DNA from: Finegoldia sp.
GTDB taxonomy: Bacteria; Bacillota; Clostridia; Tissierellales; Peptoniphilaceae
Assembly: GCA_029983915.1 (NCBI GenBank)
Contig: JASBYN010000005.1
Location: forward strand, 21,032 to 85,031
Direction: 5' to 3'
Length of the DNA: 64,000 nucleotides
The notes under the pieces are model-generated. The model saw nothing but the letters and a program-made list of their open reading frames with translations. It was not told the origin of the DNA and did no database searches. A program made the translations under genes and the position numbers. Shown piece by piece: positions 51,965 through 60,616 of this stretch; the stretch's first letter is position 1; every line of letters begins with the position of its first letter.

Positions 51965-52996
51965 ATGGAAAATTTAGATTTTTTAAAAGAAATATTGATG
52001 ACTTCTTCTCCATCTGGCGACACAAAAGTCGTAATGGAAAAAGTTAGAAAAAAATTCGAAGAATTGGGAAAAGTTGAAATAAATTTCACTAACAAAGGTG
52101 CAATGGTTGTCACTCTTCGTGGAGAAACAGATGAAAAACAATCTACATTTGCAGCTCACGTAGACACATTGGGATTGATGGTAAAAGAAATCAAACCTAA
52201 CGGAAGATTGAAAACATTCTTAGTTGGTGGATTTGCTTTCAATTCTGTTGAAAACGAATATGTAACTATTTCAACAATGTCTGGCAAAAAATACACAGGT
52301 ACTTGCCTAAACGACAAACAATCAGTTCACGTTTACGGTCCTGAAGCTAGAAGCAACGAAAGAAATGCCAAGACAATGGAAATAAGAATTGACGAAAAAG
52401 TAGAATCAAAAGAAGACGTAGAAAAATTAGGAATCAACGTAGGAGATTTCATCTACTTAGACTCTAGAACTCAATTGACAGAAAGTGGATTTGTAAAATC
52501 AAGACACCTTGATGACAAAGCTTGCGTATATGTTTTGTATGAAACAGCTAGATATTTCGTAGAAAACAACATAACTCCAAAACACACAATCAACTTCTTC
52601 ATTTCAAATTACGAAGAAGTAGGACACGGAGCATCTTACGGAATTCCTAAAGAAACCGATGAATTCATCGTAGTAGATATGGCTGCTCCTGGAGAAGGTC
52701 AATCATCTTCTGAATATAAAACAACAGTTTGTGCTGCAGATTCTACAGGTCCTTACGATTTAGAATTAAAAGAAAGATTAGTTAGAATATGCGAAGAAAA
52801 TGACATCCCTCACGCCGTTGATATCTATCCATTCTACGGTTCAGATGGATCAGCTGCATTAGCTGCAGGAAACAATTTAAGAGTTGCTTTAATAGGTCCT
52901 GGTGTAGATGCTTCTCACGCTATGGAAAGAACTCACCAAGAAGGATTGAAAGCATCAATAGATCTTTGTATCAAATACGTAGAAGATAAAAAATAA
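51965..52996 (+). CDS. M42-family metallo-aminopeptidase
   Basis: SPSG, AHVDTLG, SRHLDDK, YEEVGHG, VDM, YGSD, SHAMER. Confidence 0.9.
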   Translation: MENLDFLKEILMTSSPSGDTKVVMEKVRKKFEELGKVEINFTNKGAMVVTLRGETDEKQSTFAAHVDTLGLMVKEIKPNGRLKTFLVGGFAFNSVENEYVTISTMSGKKYTGTCLNDKQSVHVYGPEARSNERNAKTMEIRIDEKVESKEDVEKLGINVGDFIYLDSRTQLTESGFVKSRHLDDKACVYVLYETARYFVENNITPKHTINFFISNYEEVGHGASYGIPKETDEFIVVDMAAPGEGQSSSEYKTTVCAADSTGPYDLELKERLVRICEENDIPHAVDIYPFYGSDGSAALAAGNNLRVALIGPGVDASHAMERTHQEGLKASIDLCIKYVEDKK

Positions 52997-53006
52997 GAAT
53001 TTGATT

Positions 53007-53052
53007 TAGTCGGATAATTGCTTTTCGAGCATGCATCCGACTATTTTTTTTT
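53007..53052 (+). terminator. Terminator after the M42 peptidase
   Basis: TAGTCGGAT...ATCCGACTA followed by a T-run. Confidence 0.75.
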
Positions 53053-53353
53053 GATAAATCAATTTATCACATCAAAGTTTAGCATCATATAATATACAAA
53101 GCACAAAATCAATTTATTTTTTCCTAATTAGTTCAATTTGCATGCTGTTTTCTTTTGGGAAAATAGCAGGAAAACATTGAATATACAAAACTTTTTTTAT
53201 TTTCTTAGAAGATTGGATGAACTCAACATTTATTTTCCCGAATTTTCATAATATGAATAAAAATAAATTCATCATGAAAACGCTACTCAAAATCTGTATT
53301 GTTTTCCTAGCAGATTTTTTCAAATTTTTTCGAAAAAATTTTTCAAAAACCCC

Positions 53354-53382
53354 TTGACTTCCCTATTTTTAGGGTATATAAT
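53354..53382 (+). promoter_or_regulatory. Near-consensus SigA promoter of the three-peptide operon
   Basis: TTGACT (53354)-17 nt-TATAAT (53377); the spacer contains the inverted repeat CCCTA-TTTT-TAGGG; A/T tracts upstream. Confidence 0.8.
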
Positions 53383-53533
53383 ACATATTGCAATGAGGGA
53401 TATGAAAAGTTTTATCAATTAAATATCCGTTATTGATTAACAACTTAAACTTTTAGCGAATGAATATCACTTGTCAAAAGTGAATATTTGCTAAATTCAA
53501 AATAAATCGAAGTATAAATGAGGAGGAATTAAA

Positions 53534-53701
53534 ATGACTAATAAAAGCAACGAAAAATATCTAAATTTTACAAAGAAAGCATCTCTTGGTTTGAATACAA
53601 ATATGTCTTCAATGACATTTGCTTCAGTCGATAATTTTAACGAAAGATTCTCTTCATTGTTTGGATCAAGAAGAGTTTCTAAAAAAAGAAAGAACGCATA
53701 A
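53534..53701 (+). CDS. Small basic peptide, paralog 1 of 3 (55 aa, unknown function)
   Basis: AGGAGG SD; MTNKSNEKYLNFTKKASLGLNTNMSSMTFASVDNFNERFSSLFGSRRVSKKRKNA*. Confidence 0.85.
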   Translation: MTNKSNEKYLNFTKKASLGLNTNMSSMTFASVDNFNERFSSLFGSRRVSKKRKNA

Positions 53702-53719
53702 ATAAGGAGGGTGAAATTT

Positions 53720-53872
53720 ATGAGAAAAACAAATAATATCACAAGAAGTTCACAAATGAGTTTTAATACAAACATGGCAAGCATGAATTTTGCTCATTCT
53801 GACAGCTTCTATGAAAGATTTAGACCATTATTTAATTCAAGAAAACAAATCAAAAACAAAAAACAAGCTTAA
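53720..53872 (+). CDS. Small basic peptide, paralog 2 of 3 (50 aa, unknown function)
   Basis: AAGGAGG SD; MRKTNNITRSSQMSFNTNMASMNFAHSDSFYERFRPLFNSRKQIKNKKQA*. Confidence 0.85.
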   Translation: MRKTNNITRSSQMSFNTNMASMNFAHSDSFYERFRPLFNSRKQIKNKKQA

Positions 53873-53889
53873 TATTAGGAGGAAACAAT

Positions 53890-54063
53890 ATGTATAATAA
53901 ATTTACTAGCAAACAAATCAAAAATTTTGGAAAAAATTGTACAGTAAGTTTGAGCTCTAACATGGCTAGCATGAACTTTGCTCAAATGAACGATTTTTAT
54001 GAAAGAATTGATTCTCTTTTCAATTCTCCAAAGAAAGAAAGAAAAAGCAAAAAACAAGCTTAA
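53890..54063 (+). CDS. Small basic peptide, paralog 3 of 3 (57 aa, unknown function)
   Basis: AGGAGG SD; MYNKFTSKQIKNFGKNCTVSLSSNMASMNFAQMNDFYERIDSLFNSPKKERKSKKQA*. Confidence 0.85.
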   Translation: MYNKFTSKQIKNFGKNCTVSLSSNMASMNFAQMNDFYERIDSLFNSPKKERKSKKQA

Positions 54064-54122
54064 TTGAGATCGTGAGAAAATCCAATTCCATAACGTCGAT
54101 ATAATCGACTTCTTTAAATGTT

Positions 54123-54164
54123 AAAGGCAATGTAGAATGAATAATTCGTTACATTGCCTTTTTT
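54123..54164. terminator. Terminator between the three-peptide operon and convergent wecB
   Basis: AAAGGCAATGTA...TACATTGCCTTT followed by a T-run. Confidence 0.8.
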
Positions 54165-54185
54165 GTTTTTATATCATTTTGTACT

Positions 54186-55277
54186 CTATATCATTTCAGA
54201 TAATATATCACAAATTCTTTCAGATGCATGACCGTCTCCATAAGGGTTGACGGATTTCTCCATTTTTTCGTATTCTTTTTTGTCGTGCATAAGTTGTGTC
54301 ATCGCATCGTATATATCTTCTTCGTCAAGTCCTGTCAATTTCAAAGTCCCTGCCTCTACTCCTTCAGGTCTTTCCGTAGTATCTCTCATTACTAAAACTG
54401 GCTTTCCAAGTGCTGGAGCTTCTTCTTGTATTCCTCCAGAATCTGTCATAACGAAAAATGATTTTTTCATGAAATTGTGAAAATCTACTACATTCAACGG
54501 TTCGATTAATTTTATCCTAGGATGATTGCAGAAAACTTCATTTGCAATTTCTCTTACTTTTGGATTTAAATGAATTGGATATACTACATAAAAATCTTCA
54601 TTCTCATCTATGGCACGTTTTATCGCTTTGAATGAATGTCTCATAGACTCTCCCAAGTTTTCTCTTCTGTGCATAGTAAGTAAAATCATCTTAGAGTCTT
54701 CTAGTATATTTGGGTTTGAATAATTGTCTCGTACAGTCGTCTTCAATGCATCTATTACTGTATTTCCAGTGACAAAAACCCTCGATTCATCTTTACTTTC
54801 TCTCAATAGATTATCCCTTGCAGTTGTGGTAGGTGCGAAGTGAAAATCCGCGAACGATCCTATAGCTTGTCTATTGAATTCTTCTGGATATGGAGAGTAC
54901 TTATTGTACGTTCTAAGTCCTGCTTCTACATGTCCTACAGGAATTCTCAAATAAAATGCTGCAAGTCCTGCTACAAAACTTGTCGTAGTATCACCATGTA
55001 CCAATACTATATCGGGTTTTTCTTCTTCCAATATCGATTTTATTTTCTCGAGAATCGTAGTAGTAACATCGAATAGAGTTTGCTTTTCTTTCATTATGTC
55101 GAGATTGTAATCTTCTTTTACTTCAAAAACATCCAATACTTGTCTCAACATTTCCTTGTGCTGTCCAGTTACAAGAACGCAAACTTCAAATTCATCCCTA
55201 GTTTTTAATTCTTTTACCAAAGGGCACATTTTTATAGCTTCTGGTCTTGTTCCAAAAACCACCATTACTTTTTTCAT
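54186..55277 (-). CDS. wecB: UDP-N-acetylglucosamine 2-epimerase (non-hydrolysing)
   Basis: FGTRPEAIKM, TGQH, HGDT, HVEAGLR, HRREN, TDSGGIQEEAP, TERPE, PYGDG. Confidence 0.96.
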   Translation of the reverse strand: MKKVMVVFGTRPEAIKMCPLVKELKTRDEFEVCVLVTGQHKEMLRQVLDVFEVKEDYNLDIMKEKQTLFDVTTTILEKIKSILEEEKPDIVLVHGDTTTSFVAGLAAFYLRIPVGHVEAGLRTYNKYSPYPEEFNRQAIGSFADFHFAPTTTARDNLLRESKDESRVFVTGNTVIDALKTTVRDNYSNPNILEDSKMILLTMHRRENLGESMRHSFKAIKRAIDENEDFYVVYPIHLNPKVREIANEVFCNHPRIKLIEPLNVVDFHNFMKKSFFVMTDSGGIQEEAPALGKPVLVMRDTTERPEGVEAGTLKLTGLDEEDIYDAMTQLMHDKKEYEKMEKSVNPYGDGHASERICDILSEMI

Positions 55278-55326
55278 TTTTACCTCTTTATTTAAAAGGC
55301 GTTACATAATGCAACGCCTTTTTTTA

Positions 55327-56553
55327 CTATAATTTGTAGAATCCGTATTTGTTTTCTTTGTCGATATTTCTTGTATCTAATACTACTTTGTCTTTTAATA
55401 CGTCCATATTTTCTTTGATTTCATCATGACCTATCATTACTATTACAAAATCTACATCATCTAAGAATTTGTTCAAATCGTGATATTGGTTGTCTACGAT
55501 ATCTCTCTTAACCATTGGATCGTATACTTTTAATTCATTTCCTAAATGTTCTTTTTGGTGTTCCAATAATTGAAGTGTAGGAGATTCTCTGACATCGTCT
55601 ACGTTTTCTTTGTAAGTCAAACCGTAGATACCAACTCTTGAGAAATCTTTTAAGTTGTTTTCTTTCATTACATTGTATGCGCGTTTCAATACGTATTCTG
55701 GCATAGAGTCGTTGATTTGACGTGCTTTGTAGATGATTTCAGTAAGTAGAGGATAATCTCCAACTAAAAACCATGGGTCAACTGATATACAGTGTCCACC
55801 AACACCAGGACCTGGAGAAAGGATATTTACTCTAGGGTGTTTGTTGGAAATTCTGATAACTTCATTTACATCCAATCCACCTTGGCGGCAAATTTTTGCC
55901 AATTCATTTGCAAATGCAATGTTGATATCTCTGAATGTATTTTCTACTACCTTTGTCATTTCAGCAGTTTTAATATCTGTTAAATTGATTTCGCCTTTGC
56001 AGAATGTAGAATATACTTCTTTTACTTTTTCCCCTGCTTCTTTTGTATCTGAACCTATAGTTCTAGCGTTGTGTTCCAATTCGTATACCATGTTTCCTGG
56101 AATTATTCTTTCTGGAGCGTGAACTATATTCAATTTTTTTCCTGATTTTTCGATGTATTCTTCTACTACAGGTCTTACATAAGTATCAATTGCTCCTGGA
56201 GATACTGTAGATTCTACGACTATTATTGCATTTTCTTTTGCAGGTTTCAAAACTGATTCAACTGCTTTTACTACATATGAACAATCTAATTTCTTAGATA
56301 CTGGATCATATGGAGTTGGCGCTGTGATTATATAGAAATCAGTTTCTACTGGTTTTAATGAAAAAGTTATGTCATCATTCAAAGCTTTTTCAAAAAGCTC
56401 GTCCATTCCTTTTTCTTCAAAAGTCAATTCCTTATTTTTTAATTTTTCAACTACTTCTTCCTTTATATCTGTTCCAACTACTTTGTTGCCTGATGTAGCA
56501 AGCATCAAAGCTGTAGGAAGTCCTATGTAGCCTAAACCTATTACGTTAATCAT
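55327..56553 (-). CDS. wecC: UDP-N-acetylmannosamine dehydrogenase-type nucleotide-sugar dehydrogenase
   Basis: GLGYIGLPTA, ESTVSPG, PERIIPG, ENTFRD.NIAFANEL, PGPGVGGHCI.VDPWF, DVRESP; adjacent to wecB. Confidence 0.85.
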   Translation of the reverse strand: MINVIGLGYIGLPTALMLATSGNKVVGTDIKEEVVEKLKNKELTFEEKGMDELFEKALNDDITFSLKPVETDFYIITAPTPYDPVSKKLDCSYVVKAVESVLKPAKENAIIVVESTVSPGAIDTYVRPVVEEYIEKSGKKLNIVHAPERIIPGNMVYELEHNARTIGSDTKEAGEKVKEVYSTFCKGEINLTDIKTAEMTKVVENTFRDINIAFANELAKICRQGGLDVNEVIRISNKHPRVNILSPGPGVGGHCISVDPWFLVGDYPLLTEIIYKARQINDSMPEYVLKRAYNVMKENNLKDFSRVGIYGLTYKENVDDVRESPTLQLLEHQKEHLGNELKVYDPMVKRDIVDNQYHDLNKFLDDVDFVIVMIGHDEIKENMDVLKDKVVLDTRNIDKENKYGFYKL

Positions 56554-56565
56554 ATTTTTCTCCTT

Positions 56566-57708
56566 TTAAAATAAATTTTTTATTCTTTTCAACAAGTTTT
56601 GATTGTTTTTATCTGGATTTAACTCATCTTGCATTTTTCTGCAATTTTCTTGTAAATAATTGTAAAATTCTTTGTCGTCTCTCAATCTTATTATAGCACT
56701 TCTCATCTCTTCTTTCGAATTATGATCTACAGATACCCCTACCTTCCATTCTTCTACAAGCTCTGATAAATAAGTATCCTTGGCAACTATAATAGGAAGT
56801 TCTGCGTGAACTGATTCGTATAATTTGTTAGGAAGAGCTATTCTCACATTTTTCATAGAAGCATCGTAAACTGAGAATATACAATCACATTGAGAGTAAA
56901 AATTTGCTATCTCGTCATCATAGTAGAATTTGCCGTGATAATCTATAAAATCTTTTGTCTTGGATAGATTTTCAAAGTAATTTCCATCCTCGAATCCAGC
57001 CATCAACAAATTCATGTCCATTCCTTCCATGGCTTCAACGAGTTTTTTCAATTCATTTATATATCTAATTCCACCAATATAACCTACGGTGAATTTTCTA
57101 TCTGAGTTTTTTTCTCTAAGCATGTGATAATCTTTGAACAATTTTAAATTTGGAATATTAGGCATAAAAACTAAATTGTCTTTATTGAATTTTCCTTCAA
57201 AATGTTCCCAAAATTTCATACTAGTCATTACCATCAAATCCACATAATCTATCATTCTATTTTCTCTTCTTTTTAAAATAGAAGACACAAAATTTTCAGG
57301 AAATTTTTTCTTATCATCCGTCAAATATCTGTGAATATCAGGCACTTCGTATATAATTTTAGTATTTAGATCCACATTTTTCTTGTATTTATATGCTACT
57401 TCCAATGCATCGTAGCTTTGAACGTGAATGACATCAGGCTTGATTTTTTTCAAAGACTCATAAGCTTTCTTGAAAAATTTATAAGTAGGTATAAGTCTTT
57501 TCATAGGATTGCTCTTATCAGCCTCTATATCTATCATTTCTTTAGTGACAAAATCACGCTTAAAATCGTACTTATCTTCTCCACCCTTGTCCCAATACAC
57601 TACAAACACATTGAAATCATCTTTTACGAGATCCATCCTTTTTATAAGTCTTGGAGGAGGTGTGAAATTAACCAGAAAAGTATATTTTTTTTTCTTTAAT
57701 TTTTCCAT
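56566..57708 (-). CDS. Glycosyltransferase (GT-B, family 4-like)
   Basis: PDVIH, IIYEVPD, PN.P, GYIGGIRY, ALPNKLYE, P.IV. Confidence 0.75.
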   Translation of the reverse strand: MEKLKKKKYTFLVNFTPPPRLIKRMDLVKDDFNVFVVYWDKGGEDKYDFKRDFVTKEMIDIEADKSNPMKRLIPTYKFFKKAYESLKKIKPDVIHVQSYDALEVAYKYKKNVDLNTKIIYEVPDIHRYLTDDKKKFPENFVSSILKRRENRMIDYVDLMVMTSMKFWEHFEGKFNKDNLVFMPNIPNLKLFKDYHMLREKNSDRKFTVGYIGGIRYINELKKLVEAMEGMDMNLLMAGFEDGNYFENLSKTKDFIDYHGKFYYDDEIANFYSQCDCIFSVYDASMKNVRIALPNKLYESVHAELPIIVAKDTYLSELVEEWKVGVSVDHNSKEEMRSAIIRLRDDKEFYNYLQENCRKMQDELNPDKNNQNLLKRIKNLF

Positions 57709-57963
57709 ATTTCATCATCCCATTTAAATATTCATCAGTTAAAATTATATCACAAGTTTATGTTTTTTGCTCGTTTTTATTTTTATTGCAATAAATCGTA
57801 AGTTATATGTGACATTAATTAAACTTTAAATATAATACCTCTATTTATATAAAAAATCTATAAAACATGCTCAATTTATAGAAATATCAAATAAATGAAT
57901 TTTGTATATGCTTATCTGATATGATGATAGTGTCAATTAGTAATTAATTTTTAGGAGGAAATC

Positions 57964-58293
57964 ATGGATAGTAAAGAAGTATTAGCTGAAAATTCAAAAT
58001 TATTTGGAGAAAATTTACCTGAAGTTGCAAAAGGTTTTACAGAATTATGCCAAAATATTATATTTAAAGATGGCAATTTATCTCTAAAACAAAAGGAATT
58101 GATAGCTCTTGCAATAGCAATTACTGTAAAATGTGACGGCTGTATATTTCACCACGCAAAAGCATGCGTCGATGCAGGATGTACTATGGAAGAAATTTCT
58201 GAAATGATGGAAGTTTGTGTAGCTATGGGTGGCGGTCCTGCTACTGTATATTCTGGAAAGGCTTTGAGAATAGTAAAAGAAAACATTAGATAA
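57964..58293 (+). CDS. Carboxymuconolactone decarboxylase/AhpD-family protein
   Basis: G.LS.KQKELIALAIA...CDGCI.HH, EEI.E, MGGGP. Confidence 0.88.
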   Translation: MDSKEVLAENSKLFGENLPEVAKGFTELCQNIIFKDGNLSLKQKELIALAIAITVKCDGCIFHHAKACVDAGCTMEEISEMMEVCVAMGGGPATVYSGKALRIVKENIR

Positions 58294-58424
58294 TACATTT
58301 CCAATTAAATAATTGTACTGATCCTCTGATCTTAATGTTCAGAGGATTTTGTATGGAAAATTTTATTCACAAAATATTCGGCATTTATTATATAATATTA
58401 TTAATATTAATTGTAGGAGGATTC

Positions 58425-58985
58425 ATGAATAGTAAATACACCGAAAAAATGATAACGGAAAATTTGATGAGTCTTTTGAATCGTATTCCGTTGAACAAAA
58501 TAACTGTATCAAAGCTGGCCGATGAATGTGGAATCAATAGAAATACTATATATTATCATTTCAAAGATTTAAATGAAGTTATCGACACTATTTTTCAACA
58601 AAGACTACAAAAGGTACTAGATGAAACTAATGAAAATTTATCTTGGGAAGATAGTTTTGTACAAGAAGTGGAGTTTGCTTTAGAAAACAAGACTGCAATC
58701 TACCATATCTATCACTCTGTATCGAGAAAAGTTTTATCAGATTATTTGTATCAAAAATCCGGTCAAATAATGACTAGCTACGTTGAAAGAATAGATAGCG
58801 AAATTCACGCCAAAAAAGAAGACAAGGATATTATAATTAAATTTTATCAAAGTGCAATTTCAGATTTGGCTTTGAGATGGTTAGCTTCTGGAATGAATAA
58901 GGATATGATATATAATATTAGAAAAATAGGATTTTTATTTAAAAATAGCATAAAAACTGCTCTTGAAAATAGCAAAAGCCTTTAA
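58425..58985 (+). CDS. TetR/AcrR-family transcriptional regulator
   Basis: KITV..LA..CGINRNT.YYHF.D HTH. Start reassigned to 58425 behind AGGAGG. Confidence 0.88.
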   Translation: MNSKYTEKMITENLMSLLNRIPLNKITVSKLADECGINRNTIYYHFKDLNEVIDTIFQQRLQKVLDETNENLSWEDSFVQEVEFALENKTAIYHIYHSVSRKVLSDYLYQKSGQIMTSYVERIDSEIHAKKEDKDIIIKFYQSAISDLALRWLASGMNKDMIYNIRKIGFLFKNSIKTALENSKSL

Positions 58986-59138
58986 TATTTGGATAATTAC
59001 ATAACAAAAGTATAACTTTTGGTCAACTATGTGTTTTTGTCTAAAGACTTTTGATATTATTTGATATACAATTAGATAAAAGATAGATATCTATTGTGTA
59101 TAATTTATTAAGAGAATATAAAATATGAAGGTGGTTAT

Positions 59139-60536
59139 ATGAAAATTATAGAAGCTGGAAAAAGATACGGATTTGATAAAATTTTCGATTATGTAGCAAA
59201 AGATCCTCAAAAAAGAGGAGCTCAATTAGTTGATTGGGCTGCAAATCTTTCTGAAGGTGATTTCTCTCCTCAAATTAAGGTTATCAAAGAAGTATTTGAA
59301 GACGAAAATCATCCTTATCACAGTTTTGTAATGAAACTTTTTCAAGATGTAGACAAAAAACAAATAAAAAAAGTCGGTTATAATTTCTTTATGAATGCAT
59401 CTGTTTTAGGTTGGAAAGTTCAACAAGAAAATAGAGAAAAGTACAATTGTAACATTCCTTGGGCAATTCTTTTAGATCCTACATCTGCATGCAATCTAAA
59501 GTGTACTGGATGTTGGGCTGCTGAATACGGCTACAAACAAAATTTAAGTTACGATGAAATAGATTCTATCATAACTCAAGGTAAAGAATTGGGAACTTAC
59601 ATGTACATATATACCGGCGGTGAACCTCTTGTACGTAAGGACGATTTGATTAAATTATGTGAAAAGCACTCAGATTGTGTTTTCCTAGCTTTTACAAATT
59701 CGACTTTAATAGATGAAGCTTTTGCTGACGAAATAAAAAGAGTGTCTAATTTTATACCAGCTATTTCTTTGGAAGGCTTTGAAGAAGCTACTGACGGAAG
59801 AAGAGGAAAAGGTGTATATGATAAAGTAATTAAAGCGATAAAATTATTGAATGAACGTCATTTGATTTACGGAATATCAGCTTGTTATACTTCTGCAAAT
59901 TTCGAATCTATCACAAGTGAAGAATTCTACGATTATTTGATAGAATTAGGTGCTTATTTTGTATGGTACTTCCATTATATGCCAGTAGGAAATGCTGCTG
60001 TTAAGGAACTTTTACCTACTCCTGCACAAAGAAAAGAAACTATCAATAGAATTAGAAAATACAGAGCAACTAAACCATTGTTTGGATTAGATTTCCAAAA
60101 CGACGCTGAATATGTAGGTGGTTGTATCGCAGGTGGAAGAAGATATCTTCACATAAATGCAGCTGGAGATGTTGAACCATGTGTATTCATTCACTACAGC
60201 GATTCTAATATTAGAGAAAAATCTCTTCTAGAATGTTTGAGAGCTCCTCTATTCATCAAGTATCACGATGGTCAACCATTCAACGACAATATGTTGATGC
60301 CTTGTCCAATGCTTGAAAATCCAAATGAACTTCGTGAAATGGTTCATTCTTGTGATGCAAAATCTACTGATTTAGAATCTATGCAATCTGTAGATAGTTT
60401 GTGTGGAAATTGCGATCAATACGCAGAAGATTGGAAAGATGAAGCCGAAAAAATATGGGATCAAAGTCCTAAAAAAGAATATTTCAAAGGCTCATACCAC
60501 ACTATGAATAAAAAAGAAACTTCAAAATCAAAATAA
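59139..60536 (+). CDS. Radical SAM protein with a Cys-rich C-terminal (SPASM/twitch-like) extension
   Basis: CNLKCTGC, TGGEP, FTN, ISLEG, D.RRG.G, GCIAGG...G.V.PC, PCP. Confidence 0.88.
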   Translation: MKIIEAGKRYGFDKIFDYVAKDPQKRGAQLVDWAANLSEGDFSPQIKVIKEVFEDENHPYHSFVMKLFQDVDKKQIKKVGYNFFMNASVLGWKVQQENREKYNCNIPWAILLDPTSACNLKCTGCWAAEYGYKQNLSYDEIDSIITQGKELGTYMYIYTGGEPLVRKDDLIKLCEKHSDCVFLAFTNSTLIDEAFADEIKRVSNFIPAISLEGFEEATDGRRGKGVYDKVIKAIKLLNERHLIYGISACYTSANFESITSEEFYDYLIELGAYFVWYFHYMPVGNAAVKELLPTPAQRKETINRIRKYRATKPLFGLDFQNDAEYVGGCIAGGRRYLHINAAGDVEPCVFIHYSDSNIREKSLLECLRAPLFIKYHDGQPFNDNMLMPCPMLENPNELREMVHSCDAKSTDLESMQSVDSLCGNCDQYAEDWKDEAEKIWDQSPKKEYFKGSYHTMNKKETSKSK

Positions 60537-60616
60537 TATATAGGCAGCTTATTATAGCTGCCTTTTTTGTTTGCAGAAAAAGTAAGTGTCAGTGTATAAT
60601 GAACTAGAGGTGAAAA

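Noticed and set aside
53497..54057. Minus-strand ORFs 53497..53784 and 53875..54057 from the ORF track
   Set aside because: Antisense shadows of the three plus-strand peptide genes, which have the SDs, promoter, terminator and mutual homology.
53534..60536. The three peptides as RiPP precursors for the radical SAM enzyme, or as type I toxins/bacteriocins
   Set aside because: The radical SAM gene is 5 kb away behind an unrelated opposite-strand operon. The peptides lack a GG leader, a Cys-rich core and a TM helix. Not supportable from this window.
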